Part shown: one piece after another, positions 32,000 through 45,111 of the stretch
Layout of the letters: each line of letters begins with the position of its first letter
Position numbering within the stretch: the stretch's first letter is position 1
Source of the DNA: an uncultured delta proteobacterium
Lineage (GTDB): Bacteria > Desulfobacterota > Desulfuromonadia > Desulfuromonadales > JACZKF01
Reading direction: 5' to 3'
DNA length: 64,000 bases
Assembly: GCA_963816395.1 (NCBI GenBank)
Contig: CAWFKQ010000005.1
Span: 192,001 to 256,000, forward strand
Translations under genes and position numbers: made by a program
Notes under the pieces: model-generated
Seen by the model: the letters and a program-made list of their open reading frames with translations, nothing else
Database searches by the model: none
Told to the model about the DNA's origin: nothing

Positions 32000-32138
32000 A
32001 GTCTCCAGTCGCAGTGAACGCGATGGTTCAGGGTTTCCCTATTTTCTGCGCCCGGACTGGGCTCCATCCAGTCAAGCGCCAGCACCACTGTCAGCAGGAA
32101 GATGGTCACGCCCTTCGCTCTCCCTTCCGTCTCTTCAA

Positions 32139-33017
32139 TCAAACGGACCCCGATATACTCTCCCGCCGCAAGCGGATTACCCCTTCCTGGGCAACCGAGG
32201 CGATCAACCGGCCGTCGCGAGCAAAGATGCTCCCCCGCCCCAGACCGCGGCCATTGCCGGCACTCGGGCTGTCCATGGCATAAAGGAGCCAGTCATCTAT
32301 GCGGAAAGGGCGGTGGAACCACATGGCGTGATCGAGGCTGGCCGCTTGCACCTCCGGCTGAAAAAAAGAAACCCCATGCGGCAGCAGAGCGGTGCCGAGC
32401 AAGGTGAAGTCTGAACAGTAGGCCAGGATGGCCTGGTGAACAGCGATCGGATCGGGAAGTGCCCCCACGGTGCGAAGCCACACATGCTGAAATGGCGCGT
32501 GCCGTTCAGGGTTGAGAGGATCGAGTACCTGTACCGGACGCAGCTCGACAGGACCTTCAGCGGTCAGGGTCTCCCGCAGGCGAGCGGGAATCCGGTCCAT
32601 CACCTGCCGACGCAGTTCGAGGGTCGAGAGCAGGCCCTCAGGGCCTGGGACCTCCGGCATGGGGGCTTGATGTTCAAACCCCTTTTCCGCGACCTGGAAG
32701 GAAACCGACATGTTAAAAATTGGCCGGCCATGCTGAATGGCGACTACCCGACGGGTGGCAAAACTTCGGCCATCCCGTATCCGTTCGACCTCGTAGATTA
32801 TCGGCGCCTGGAGATCACCGGGACGCAGGAAATAGGCATGCAGCGAATGGGCCTGACGCCCCTCAACCGTCTGCTCGGCGGCAATCAGGGCCTGCCCGAG
32901 GACCTGGCCGCCGAAGACGCTTTTTCCACCGATATCCCGGCTTTCCCCGCGGAACAGATTGTCTTCCAGTCGCTCGAGACTGAGGTGGCTGAGCAGGTCC
33001 TGAACAAGATCACTCAT
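32139..33017 (-). CDS. tesB: Acyl-CoA thioesterase II
   Basis: VFGGQVLGQAL, HSLHAYFLRPGD, ASLDHAMWFHRP, SVAQEG. Confidence 0.95.
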   Translation of the reverse strand: MSDLVQDLLSHLSLERLEDNLFRGESRDIGGKSVFGGQVLGQALIAAEQTVEGRQAHSLHAYFLRPGDLQAPIIYEVERIRDGRSFATRRVVAIQHGRPIFNMSVSFQVAEKGFEHQAPMPEVPGPEGLLSTLELRRQVMDRIPARLRETLTAEGPVELRPVQVLDPLNPERHAPFQHVWLRTVGALPDPIAVHQAILAYCSDFTLLGTALLPHGVSFFQPEVQAASLDHAMWFHRPFRIDDWLLYAMDSPSAGNGRGLGRGSIFARDGRLIASVAQEGVIRLRRESISGSV

Positions 33018-33136
33018 GGAGAGCTTCCTCTCTTCTCAAAAATTCAAATCCATGGGGAGGATTAATGAAAATAGCGTTCCCTGATCGCTGCTGTCAATGC
33101 AAAAGCCGCCGCTTCCGACTAGCGGTTCTAATGTTT

Positions 33137-33532
33137 TCAGTGCCTTCTTTCCCCTGCCCCGAGACGCTCCAGCCATTTTTTCAACATCTCGATCACCCGG
33201 CTCGCCTCGCGCACATTGAGCCGCCGCAGGTCATCCTTGCCGGTGGCGTGCTCGATGAACGCCGTTAACGCCGCCTCATCGTGGTGTCCGATTGCGCCGA
33301 CGGCGGCGAGCCGATTCCACAGGACGTGAATGAGGCCGCGCTGACCGAAAGAGGCGGGGCGCCATCCCTTCTGCCTAAACAGGTCGATTAAGTCGGCGGC
33401 CTGGCTGCCGGTGAGCTCCGCAGCCGACTCCTTGTGGTAGCGATCCCAGAGCACACCGCGGTAGGTGGCGTCGTCCAGCCCCAGTTCCTTAATGGCGATG
33501 TGGATTTTAGCGAGATCGCTGCGGTTTGGCAT
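33137..33532 (-). CDS. Phage Mu GemA/gp16-like (DUF1018) regulatory protein
   Basis: LAKIHIAIKELGLDDATYR...LIHVLW...ASRVIEMLKKW. Confidence 0.8.
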   Translation of the reverse strand: MPNRSDLAKIHIAIKELGLDDATYRGVLWDRYHKESAAELTGSQAADLIDLFRQKGWRPASFGQRGLIHVLWNRLAAVGAIGHHDEAALTAFIEHATGKDDLRRLNVREASRVIEMLKKWLERLGAGERRH

Positions 33533-33722
33533 CGGTAAAGCCCCTGCTTGTCTCTACAACTATAAACCCTTGCCGGTGCCAGGGCAAAAGGACCAGCTGA
33601 GGATCAGGGACCGGCCGATCCCCAAATGGCCTAAATGGTCAAAAAGGGACCGAAATACCTTGAAACTGCTGAATTTAACATGCTATAAGGAAAATGCATT
33701 TTTCCTAATTCCAGGGGAAACC

Positions 33723-36329
33723 ATGGACTTGCCATCTCACTTCTCGACCGGACTAAAAGGGCTGGACCGTATACTTGACGGTTTACGGATCGGCGACAAC
33801 GTTGTCTGGAATATCAACAGTATTCGCGACTACCGCTTTTTTGTCGGCCCTTTCGTCCGCAACGCCCTGCGGGAAGAAAAAAAAATCGTTTACATGCGTT
33901 TCGGTCAGCATGACCCCCTGGTAAATGCCGGTCCCAATGTGATCGTTTATAAACTGGACGCCTACCGTGGTTTCGAGTCCTTTGCCGCCAGGGTCCACTC
34001 CATCATCACCAGCGAAGGACGCGGCGCCTTCTATGTGTTCGACTGTCTGTCCGACCTGCTTTCTGCCTGGGCGACGGACTTGATGATCGGCAACTTTTTT
34101 CAGGTCACCTGCCCTTACCTGTTCGAACTCGATACCGTGGCATACTTCGCGGTGATGCGTGGAAGCCATTCCTACAAGACGGTTGCCCGCATTCGGGAAA
34201 CCACCCAGGTACTGCTCGCTATCCGTAGCAACCAGGGGGATACCTACATCCATCCCCAGAAGGTCTGGCAACGGCACTCCCCTACCATGTTCCTGCCCCA
34301 TTTCAAAAAGGGAGAAGAATTCATACCGGTCGTCGACAGCTATGAAGCGACTAACCTGCTGGCCAACATCCGCCGGCGGGAGACGGAAAGCGCCAGGCGT
34401 CAGCTCGACTATTGGGACCGCCTCTTCCTGCAGGCCGAAGACTTGGCGGAGGCGCCACCGCAGAGCGAGGAATATCGGCAGATGCTCGGTCGTCTCTGCC
34501 GGGTCCTGATTGGCCGGGAGGACCGCATACTTACCCTGGCCCAAAGAAACTTCTCCCTATCCGACCTCCTCGACATCAAATCACGGATGATCGGAACCGG
34601 CTTCATCGGCGGCAAGGCCGTCGGCATGCTGTTGGCCCGCAATATCCTGCTGCATGATCCTTCCTTCGATTGGGGGCGTCACCTCGAAGCGCACGATTCC
34701 TTCTACGTCGGCTCAGATGTCTACTATTCCTTTTTCGTCCACAACGGCTGGTGGAAACTGCTGATGCAGCAGAAATCTCCCGATGGCTATTTTGAGGTCG
34801 CCGCGGAACTGCGGGAAAAAATGCGGCAAGGGACCTTTCCCGAAGAAATCCGGGAAGAGTTCCAGAAAATGCTCGAATATTTCGGCCAATATCCCATTAT
34901 CATCCGCTCCAGCAGCCTTCTCGAAGACAGCTTCGGCAATGCGTTCGCCGGCAAGTACGAAAGCTTTTTCTGCGTCAACCAGGGCTCGCCCGAACAGCGC
35001 TACGCGCAACTGGAAGAGGCCGTACGCAACATTTTCGCCAGCACCATGAGTGAAGACGCACTGTCTTACCGCCTACAACGAGGGCTCGACCGCCAGGAGG
35101 AGCAGATGGCCCTGCTCATTCAGCGGGTTTCCGGTGCCTATCGGAAGCACTTCTACTTTCCGGAACTGGCGGGAGTTGGGGTTTCCTACAACACTTTCGT
35201 CTGGAGCCGGGATATGGACCCTCGGGCGGGCATGCTGCGCCTGGTCCTCGGTCTGGGAACCCGGGCCGTCGACCGGGTGGAAGGAGATTACCCCCGGATT
35301 GTCGCCTTGGATGCTCCACTGAAAAGGCCTCACAAGGGCTTTGAAGATACCCGCCGTTTCTGCCAACGGGAAGTGGACCTGCTCAACATTGAAACCGATT
35401 CCCTGGAGACCGTTCCATTCCGGGATTTGACCAATGAAGGCATCGGGCTGGAATTGGATCGTTATGCGGTCCGCGACCACGAAACAATCCGCAAGCTCGC
35501 GGAGCGCGGCGCCAAAGGGCAACAGGTCTGGCTGCTCACCTTCGACTGGCTGTTGTCCAACACGCATTTCCCCGAGCTCATGCAGCGCCTGCTCAAGACC
35601 CTGGAGACCGCGTACCAGTACCCGGTGGACGTGGAATTCACCCTCAATTACTCCCATGATGACCAGATTCGCATCTGCCTCGTACAATGTCGCCCATTGC
35701 AGACCAGAGGAGAAGTACAGCAAAGGATCGAACTGCCCAAGGAGGTACCGGAGAATAATCTGTTCCTCCGCTCTGAAGGATATTTCATGGGGGGCAGCGT
35801 CTCCCTGCCGATAGGCCGTATTATCCTTGTCGACCCGGAAGCCTACAGCCGTCTCCCCCTGACCGAAAAATACGATGTAGCGCGGTTGGTCGGCAGGTTG
35901 AACAAACGACTCAACCGGACAGAAACTTCAGCCATGCTGCTTGGACCTGGTCGCTGGGGAACCTCCACCCCTTCCCTCGGCGTACCGGTCACCTTTTCTG
36001 AAATAAACAATTTCGCCGCCCTCGGGGAAATTGCCTTCAGCGGCGGCGGCCTGATGCCCGACCTCTCCTTCGGCACCCATTTCTTCCAGGATCTGGTGGA
36101 AGCGGACATCTTTTACCTGGCACTTTTCCCGGATCTGAAAACCTGCTTCTTGAACCGCAGATGGCTGGATACCCTGCCTAACGCCCTTGAAGGTTTCATG
36201 CCCTCCAGCAGCCGGTACAAAACTGTGGTAAAAGTCTATCAGTTTCCCGGAGAAGGCATGCGCCTGATGGCCGATATCGTCTCCCAGGAAGTCCTCTGTT
36301 TCCGGCAGGATGAAAGGATTGATTGTTAG
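33723..36329 (+). CDS. PEP/pyruvate-binding (PPDK_N-type ATP-grasp) domain protein with a RecA/KaiC-like N-terminal segment
   Basis: STGLKGLDRIL; IGGKAVG; IRSSSLLEDSFGNAFAGKYES; GLGTRAVDR; VDVEF...QCRPL; GPGRWGT; GTHFFQD. Confidence 0.85.
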   Translation: MDLPSHFSTGLKGLDRILDGLRIGDNVVWNINSIRDYRFFVGPFVRNALREEKKIVYMRFGQHDPLVNAGPNVIVYKLDAYRGFESFAARVHSIITSEGRGAFYVFDCLSDLLSAWATDLMIGNFFQVTCPYLFELDTVAYFAVMRGSHSYKTVARIRETTQVLLAIRSNQGDTYIHPQKVWQRHSPTMFLPHFKKGEEFIPVVDSYEATNLLANIRRRETESARRQLDYWDRLFLQAEDLAEAPPQSEEYRQMLGRLCRVLIGREDRILTLAQRNFSLSDLLDIKSRMIGTGFIGGKAVGMLLARNILLHDPSFDWGRHLEAHDSFYVGSDVYYSFFVHNGWWKLLMQQKSPDGYFEVAAELREKMRQGTFPEEIREEFQKMLEYFGQYPIIIRSSSLLEDSFGNAFAGKYESFFCVNQGSPEQRYAQLEEAVRNIFASTMSEDALSYRLQRGLDRQEEQMALLIQRVSGAYRKHFYFPELAGVGVSYNTFVWSRDMDPRAGMLRLVLGLGTRAVDRVEGDYPRIVALDAPLKRPHKGFEDTRRFCQREVDLLNIETDSLETVPFRDLTNEGIGLELDRYAVRDHETIRKLAERGAKGQQVWLLTFDWLLSNTHFPELMQRLLKTLETAYQYPVDVEFTLNYSHDDQIRICLVQCRPLQTRGEVQQRIELPKEVPENNLFLRSEGYFMGGSVSLPIGRIILVDPEAYSRLPLTEKYDVARLVGRLNKRLNRTETSAMLLGPGRWGTSTPSLGVPVTFSEINNFAALGEIAFSGGGLMPDLSFGTHFFQDLVEADIFYLALFPDLKTCFLNRRWLDTLPNALEGFMPSSSRYKTVVKVYQFPGEGMRLMADIVSQEVLCFRQDERIDC

Positions 36330-36359
36330 GCTGATGCATTGGTGATTTTAAGAAGAAAA

Positions 36360-36396
36360 AAGCAAAAGGCCCGGCAAACCGCCGGGCCTTTTGCTT
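36360..36396. terminator. Bidirectional terminator between convergent genes
   Basis: AAGCAAAAGGCCCGGC-AAACC-GCCGGGCCTTTTGCTT. Confidence 0.85.
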
Positions 36397-36417
36397 AAAG
36401 CACGGGCCACCTTTTGC

Positions 36418-37791
<1,374 letters not shown>

Positions 37792-37817
37792 TTATTTGCA
37801 GCTGAGCCTAAATTTTA

Positions 37818-37833
37818 TCCAGAATGTGTGCCA
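37818..37833 (-). promoter_or_regulatory. Possible sigma-54 promoter of gdhA (non-canonical -12)
   Basis: Minus strand TGGCACACATTCTGGA: canonical TGGCAC at -24, GG instead of GC at -12. Confidence 0.45.
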
Positions 37834-38118
37834 ATTTGCCTATTTTTTCACAGGTAACATCTATCCGGCCGATTCATAATGGAAAAATATAATTTAATCC
37901 AATAGACCGACCGCCTGTGCAATGCCGATTTTGGTATTCTCGTTACTCAACAGGTTACTCAACCCCTGAACCTGAATCCGGAGGAACATCAGGCCGGCTG
38001 GTGTCGGGCGAGCAGGAAATGATGGGTGAGCGGGGCGGCTGAGGAATTTGCGGGGCGGCTGAAGGAAAATGGGAAAAGGCGGGGAGTGTCCAGCTTCTCG
38101 CGAACATCCCGCCTCACG

Positions 38119-38166
38119 AAAAAAAAGCAGCTCCGGTCGCGGGGAATCCCTGCGAAACCGGAGCTG
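38119..38166 (-). terminator. Terminator downstream of tRNA-Gly
   Basis: CAGCTCCGG...CCGGAGCTG stem with a T-run on the minus strand. Confidence 0.7.
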
Positions 38167-38181
38167 ACATTTTGTTTTAAC

Positions 38182-38256
<75 letters not shown>

Positions 38257-38348
38257 TTGGGATGTTTCGCAAGCGCCGATATTAATAACAAAAGGGCTCG
38301 GGCAAGTCAACAGGAAATTATGAAAAAAATCGCTTTCCGGTGTCGCTG

Positions 38349-38936
38349 TCAGCGAGCAAAAACCTTAAAAAATTTAGCAAGATAGTCGACTCCCGACCAG
38401 AGGGTCACCACCAGAGCGATCCAGAAGAAAAAAATTCCCATGTGGTGCATCGTGGCATGAAAGATTTCCAGCCGCAGGCCGAACAGCCAGTAATAGTCGT
38501 AATGCAGCAGCAGCCCGACAATGGCCACCATCTGAAAAATGGTTTTGTATTTTCCCAGGTCGCTGGCGGCGATGATGATCCCTTCGGAAGAGGCAATCGA
38601 CCGCAATCCTGTGACAACCATCTCGCGCGCCAGGATGAGGAAAACGGCCCAGGCGGGAACCCGGCCAAGGGGTATCAGCATGATCAGGGCAGCCATGACG
38701 ATCAACTTGTCAGCCAGCGGGTCGAGGAACTTGCCGAGGACGGTGACGATTTGCCACCGCCGCGCCAGCCAGCCATCGAGCCAATCGGTCATGGCGGCGG
38801 CCCCGAAGGTGACCGCCGCCCAGAAGCCGGCAGCCCGGCTGTCGGAAAGCAGGAGAATAACCACGGCCGGCACGGCGGCGATGCGAGCTAAAGTCAAAAG
38901 GTTGGGAAGATTGAGCAGACCCGTGCGGAAATTCAT
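38349..38936 (-). CDS. pgsA: CDP-diacylglycerol--glycerol-3-phosphate 3-phosphatidyltransferase
   Basis: NLPNLLTLAR, TDWLDGWLARR, GKFLDPLADKL; pgsA-tRNA-Gly order. Confidence 0.95.
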   Translation of the reverse strand: MNFRTGLLNLPNLLTLARIAAVPAVVILLLSDSRAAGFWAAVTFGAAAMTDWLDGWLARRWQIVTVLGKFLDPLADKLIVMAALIMLIPLGRVPAWAVFLILAREMVVTGLRSIASSEGIIIAASDLGKYKTIFQMVAIVGLLLHYDYYWLFGLRLEIFHATMHHMGIFFFWIALVVTLWSGVDYLAKFFKVFAR

Positions 38937-39511
38937 AAAAGGGTATCTTTTTCCTGACGGTAATCGAACAGGAACTTCTTCACCCGTTCCACATAGGTGC
39001 GGGTCTCCTCGAAAGGAGGAATCCCGCCGTAGTGGTGCACAGTGCCGGGGCCGGCGTTGTAAGCGGCGAGAGCGAGGTCCAGGTCGCCTCCGAATTCATT
39101 GAGCATCTGTCGCAGGTAGCGGCTGCCGCCACGGATATTCTCTTCCGGATTTAAAGGATTGGCGACCTGCATCTCGCGGGCAGTCTCCGGAATCAGCTGC
39201 ATGATGCCGACGGCTCCTTTCTCCGAAACTGCCCGTGGATCGAAATTGCTCTCGGCCTTGATCACGGCCCGGATGAGGGCCTCTTCCAACTGAAAAAGAG
39301 AGGCACAGTGCCTGATGGTCTCCGCCACCGTGCTGCCGTGGTGGGTTTCTCTCCGGTAGAGGGAGAACTGGGGGCCATTCGGCGTATTGGTAAAATGGAC
39401 GGTGCCATTGGCGTCCACGTACCGATAAATGTCGGCGCACCCGTTTTGCGGCATCCCGAGCAACAGGCCGAGACCGAGGCCAAGCAGGGCATATTTCGCC
39501 TTACATTTCAT
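38933..39511 (-). CDS. Lytic transglycosylase (DUF4124 plus SLT)
   Basis: IYRYVDANGTVHFTN, IKAESNF, GIMQLIP, ALAAYNAG. Confidence 0.92.
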   Translation of the reverse strand: MKCKAKYALLGLGLGLLLGMPQNGCADIYRYVDANGTVHFTNTPNGPQFSLYRRETHHGSTVAETIRHCASLFQLEEALIRAVIKAESNFDPRAVSEKGAVGIMQLIPETAREMQVANPLNPEENIRGGSRYLRQMLNEFGGDLDLALAAYNAGPGTVHHYGGIPPFEETRTYVERVKKFLFDYRQEKDTLL

Positions 39512-39729
39512 TGAATTTCCCGTAATGACAGGGTCAGACTATAGCTGAAAAAAACCTGTATTTCAACCGGCTTAGCAAAGGCAAAAGGCTTGACAAGCCT
39601 CGGAGCGGGCATAATAATGGGCGCTTACCGATCCCGATCCGCCACCGGATTCTCTTGGGCGGAACCTTGCAAGAGAAAGACCAATTTCTTCGGCGAAAGC
39701 TCTCAGGCTCTACCAGCGAGGCTGTTCCT

Positions 39730-41328
39730 ATGAAAACCAAGTCGGATTTTCTGGTCATCGGCAGCGGCATTGCCGGCCTTTCGTATGCTCTGAAAATGGC
39801 CGAATACGGTACCGTCGCCATCATCACCAAGCGCGAAATCGCGGAAACCGCTACCAACCTGGCCCAGGGCGGCATCGCCGCGGTCACCTCGGCCGAAGAC
39901 TCCTTTGAGGCGCATGTCCAGGATACCATGGTCGCCGGTGCCTACCTTTCGCACCCGGAGGTGGTGCGGATGATCGTGGAAAGCGCGCCGGAGGCGATCA
40001 GCGACCTGATCAACTGGGGCGTGCAGTTCACCAGGAAGGATGACAATACCTACGACCTCACCCGCGAAGGGGGCCACAGCCAAAGGCGCATCCTGCACGC
40101 CCAGGACATCACCGGCCGGGAAGTCGAACGCGCTCTGGTAGAAGCGGTCCGCCGGCATCCCGCCATCGCCATCTACGAGCACCATGTGGCGGTCGACCTC
40201 ATCACCGAAGCCAAGGTCACCCACCGGCGACTGCGTCCCGACCGCTGCCTGGGCGCATACGTGCTCGACACCCGGGCCAACGAGGTGGTTACCTTCGGCG
40301 CCCACATCACCGTTCTCGCCACCGGCGGTGCCGGCAAGGTTTATCTCTACACCTGCAATCCCGATATCGCCACCGGGGATGGGGTGGCGATGGCCTATCG
40401 CGCCGGCGCCACCATCGCCAACATGGAGTTCATGCAGTTTCATCCCACTACCCTCTACCATCCGCATGCCAAGTCCTTTCTCATCTCCGAGGCGGTGCGG
40501 GGCGAAGGAGCGGTCCTTCGGCGCCGCGACGGCACGGCCTTCATGGACCAGTATCACGAAATGAAGGATCTCGCTCCACGGGATATCGTCGCCCGGGCCA
40601 TCGACAACGAGATGAAGGTGCGCGGCGACGACTGTGTTTTCCTCGACATCACCCACCGCGGCGCCGACTATATCCGGGACCGTTTTCCCAATATTTATGA
40701 AACTTGCCTCGGCTACGGTATCGACATGACCCGCGAACCGCTGCCGGTGGTTCCCGCCGCTCATTACCTGTGCGGCGGGGTCAAGGTCGACCTCTGGGGC
40801 GAATCTGATATCCGCAACCTTTTTGCCATCGGCGAGGTCTCCTGCACCGGTCTGCATGGTGCGAACCGCCTGGCCAGCAACAGTCTGCTGGAGGGGGTGG
40901 TATACGCCGATCGGGCGGCCAGACGCTCCCGGGAACGGCTGACGGAATCCGTCCCCCCTTTCCCGCCCATCAAACCATGGGATCCAGGGAGCGCCCGCAA
41001 CAGCGATGAGGAAGTGGTGGTCGCCCATAACTGGGATGAAATTCGCCGCTGCATGTGGAATTACGTCGGGATCGTCCGCTCCAGCAAACGCCTGGTGCGC
41101 GCCCTGCGGCGGGTGCAGATGATCCAGGAGGAGATCACCGACTATTACTGGGATTTCTACATCACATCCGATCTCATCGAGTTGCGCAACATCGCCGTAG
41201 TGGCGGAACTGATCATCCGCTGCGCCCTGGAACGGCAGGAAAGCCGGGGGCTGCACTACACCATCGACTACCCGCAGTCCGACGATATCCATTGGCAGCA
41301 CGACACGATCATCCGCAAGAATTTTTAA
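39730..41328 (+). CDS. nadB: L-aspartate oxidase
   Basis: [51 protein letters not shown]. Confidence 0.96.
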   Translation: MKTKSDFLVIGSGIAGLSYALKMAEYGTVAIITKREIAETATNLAQGGIAAVTSAEDSFEAHVQDTMVAGAYLSHPEVVRMIVESAPEAISDLINWGVQFTRKDDNTYDLTREGGHSQRRILHAQDITGREVERALVEAVRRHPAIAIYEHHVAVDLITEAKVTHRRLRPDRCLGAYVLDTRANEVVTFGAHITVLATGGAGKVYLYTCNPDIATGDGVAMAYRAGATIANMEFMQFHPTTLYHPHAKSFLISEAVRGEGAVLRRRDGTAFMDQYHEMKDLAPRDIVARAIDNEMKVRGDDCVFLDITHRGADYIRDRFPNIYETCLGYGIDMTREPLPVVPAAHYLCGGVKVDLWGESDIRNLFAIGEVSCTGLHGANRLASNSLLEGVVYADRAARRSRERLTESVPPFPPIKPWDPGSARNSDEEVVVAHNWDEIRRCMWNYVGIVRSSKRLVRALRRVQMIQEEITDYYWDFYITSDLIELRNIAVVAELIIRCALERQESRGLHYTIDYPQSDDIHWQHDTIIRKNF

Positions 41329-41340
41329 GGGGAGTCTTTC

Positions 41341-41613
41341 TTGGATATCGATGCCATACGCCAGGAGATCGACCGACTGGATGGTGAACTGTTGCGGATT
41401 TTCAATGAGCGGGCGGCTCTGGCACTGAAAATAGGGGAGATCAAGAAGGAAAGAGGTCTGGCTGTCTACGATCCGGGGCGGGAGAAGAAAATCTTCGAAC
41501 GAATGCAGGCGGGCAACCCTGGCCCGCTCGACAATGGGGCCATTGTCCGGCTTTTCGAGCGCGTCATCGACGAATCACGACGCCTGGAGCGCATCCGGAC
41601 CAAAGGATACTAG
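41341..41613 (+). CDS. Monofunctional chorismate mutase (AroQ)
   Basis: IRQEIDRLD...ERAALA..IGEIK...YDPGRE. Confidence 0.9.
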   Translation: MDIDAIRQEIDRLDGELLRIFNERAALALKIGEIKKERGLAVYDPGREKKIFERMQAGNPGPLDNGAIVRLFERVIDESRRLERIRTKGY

Positions 41614-41614
41614 C

Positions 41615-41824
41615 ATGCTGATCGTCATGAAAAGAACCGCCGGCGAACAGGACCTGCAGGAAATAAAAAAATACCTGATCGATCGCGATTACGATTTTCA
41701 CCAGTCAACCGGCGCCGACCGGGTCATCCTGGGCGTCATCGGCGACACCGCCGCCATCAACCGTCAGGAGTTGCGCAGCCTGCCGGGAGTGCTGGAGGTA
41801 TTCAAGATTCCGGAAGAGGAGTGA
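41615..41824 (+). CDS. Stand-alone ferredoxin/ACT-like domain resembling the regulatory N-terminus of type I-beta DAHP synthase
   Basis: MLIVMK...HQSTGADRVILGVIGD...LPGVLEVFKI, 69 aa, then stop. Confidence 0.75.
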   Translation: MLIVMKRTAGEQDLQEIKKYLIDRDYDFHQSTGADRVILGVIGDTAAINRQELRSLPGVLEVFKIPEEE

Positions 41825-41829
41825 AGCGT

Positions 41830-41950
41830 AGGCTAGAGGCACGAGGCTAGCGGCTAGAGGGACAATCCAAAACCCCGATAGCGAATGTTAAAGGGCGCCG
41901 AAAACGGCGCCCTTTCGCATTTCCTCTAGCCTCTTGCCCCTAGCCTCTAG
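41830..41950. repeat. Inverted tandem-heptamer element (GGCTAGA/TCTAGCC) with an internal hairpin
   Basis: About 4 units per arm; AAAGGGCGCCG-AAAA-CGGCGCCCTTT inside. Confidence 0.75.
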
Positions 41951-42505
41951 CCGACGATTTGCGTCCGGGTGAAGACCGCCCGCAGGGCCATCCCCTCCCC
42001 TTCTATGTTTTCCCGGGCGCCTTCCTCGCGGTCGACCAGGGTGACGATGCCGACCACCTCCAGCCCTTCCTGGCGGGCCCGTTCCACGGCTTTCATCGAG
42101 GAGCCGCCGGTGGTGGTGACGTCTTCGACGATCACCACCCGGGAACCGGCCGGCAGGTTCTTGCGCCCCTCCAGCCACTGGCCGGTGCCGTGCCCCTTCG
42201 GCCTCCTTGCGGATGATGAAGGCCGCCACGGACTGGCCTTCAAGCTGAGCGGCAATGCTGGTGGCGGTGGCGATCGGGTCGGCACCGAGAGTCAGCCCGC
42301 CGACTCCCTGAATCGGCCCCGGAAACTGCTGTACTTCCTGCCAGAAGGCCTTGCCGACGAGCAGCCCGCCGCGGGCATGCAGGGTGGTCTGCTTGCCATC
42401 GAAATAGAAGTTGCTTTTGCGCCCGGAAGCCAGCGTAACCTCGCGCTCCTCATAGGACAGCTCCCGGATGATGCGCATCAGTTCGTCTCTTTCCGCCTTC
42501 GTCAT
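41947..42505 (-). CDS. pyrE: Orotate phosphoribosyltransferase; one frameshift
   Basis: TLASGRKSNFYFD, GADPI, IIRKE/PKGHG, VIVEDVTTTGGS, LVDREEG. Confidence 0.92.
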
Positions 42506-42528
42506 AAAATTCCTCCATGGGTATGAAA

Positions 42529-42595
42529 TGTAGGGGCCGCATTGTGGGGTGCCCTTCGTTCGCTATGCAGGGCAGGGCACAAGGCCGCCCCTGCA
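42529..42595. repeat. GTAG-type REP-like palindrome pair
   Basis: TGTAGGGGCCG...GTGCCC / GGGCAC...GCCGCCCCTGCA. Confidence 0.6.
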
Positions 42596-42600
42596 GGATC

Positions 42601-44007
<1,407 letters not shown>

Positions 44008-44154
44008 CTATTTTTTACTCCGCTACGTGGGAAAAGTAAGACTTTTCGTTGGAGAAACGGGATATTGAGAACTTCACTGCTGCGCCATTTTTCTCGAAAA
44101 GCTTAACATACCCGCAGGGGGAAAAGATAGGGACCATCCCCCCCTTTCATCCCG

Positions 44155-44976
44155 CTACAGCTCATCCCGGATGAACCGCACGGCATTGCGGTAGAGCTGC
44201 AGCCCCATCCCCTCTTCCGGCAGGTCCGGATCGCGGCTCCAGCGGGGATGCTGGGTACGGCAGATGAAGGCTTCGGGATGGGGCATCAGGCCGAAGAGCC
44301 GGCCGCTCCGATCGCACAGGCCAGCAATTGCCCCCATTGAGCCGTTCGGGTTGAAGGGGAAATCGACGGCAGGCGCCCGATACTCAGGATCGGAATATTG
44401 CAGGGGGGCCAGGTGCTGTACTTCGATTTCCGCCAGCACCGCCTCGCTCTCGGTGACGAATTTCCCCTCCCCGTGCCGCACCGGCAGGTACAGACCGCGA
44501 ATTCCCCGGGTATAGACGCATGGGGAAGCGGGGTCCACCCGCAGGTGCACCCAGGTATCGATGAATCGGCCGCTGTCATTGAAAGTCAGGGTGGTGGTCT
44601 GACGCAGGCTCTGCGGATCGGGGAGCAGCCCCATCTTGACCATCAGCTGAAAACCGTTGCATACCCCCATAATCAGCTTGCCACCGGCGATGAAGCGCCG
44701 AAGCTGATCGACGAGATGTTCGCTGCTGCCGGCCACTGGCGCATGCAGCAGCCGGTTGGCCCCGGCCTTGGCGCTCCCCAGGTCGTCGCCATCGAGAAAG
44801 CCGCCGGCCAGGTTGAGAAAATGGTAGTCGTCCAGCCGCACCCGGCCGGCCAGCAGTTCGGCAATATGGACGATGTCCGCCGTATCGGCGCCAGCCAGGC
44901 GGCAGGCGTTGGCCACTTCCCGTTCGCAGTTGGTGCCATTGCCGGCAATAACGATGGCCCGGACGTGCTTTGCCAT
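44155..44976 (-). CDS. purQ: FGAM synthase glutaminase subunit
   Basis: GNGTNCE, GGFLDGD, GVCNGFQ, HGEGK, MPHPE. Confidence 0.93.
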   Translation of the reverse strand: MAKHVRAIVIAGNGTNCEREVANACRLAGADTADIVHIAELLAGRVRLDDYHFLNLAGGFLDGDDLGSAKAGANRLLHAPVAGSSEHLVDQLRRFIAGGKLIMGVCNGFQLMVKMGLLPDPQSLRQTTTLTFNDSGRFIDTWVHLRVDPASPCVYTRGIRGLYLPVRHGEGKFVTESEAVLAEIEVQHLAPLQYSDPEYRAPAVDFPFNPNGSMGAIAGLCDRSGRLFGLMPHPEAFICRTQHPRWSRDPDLPEEGMGLQLYRNAVRFIRDEL

Positions 44977-45018
44977 GATGCTCCTTACTGTATAAACAAG
45001 GCCTATGAATATGACCTT

Positions 45019-45088
45019 CGCGGAGGCGCGCAGGCGCGGAGAAGCAAACAAAATGCTTTTATTTTCTTTGCGTCTCTGCGTCTCCGCG
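45019..45088. repeat. Inverted short tandem-unit element (CGCGGAG/CTCTGCG)
   Basis: CGCGGAGGCGCGCAGGCGCGGAG ... CTTTGCGTCTCTGCGTCTCCGCG. Confidence 0.6.
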
Positions 45089-45111
45089 TTAAAAGCCCTT
45101 GCGGCTGGCGG

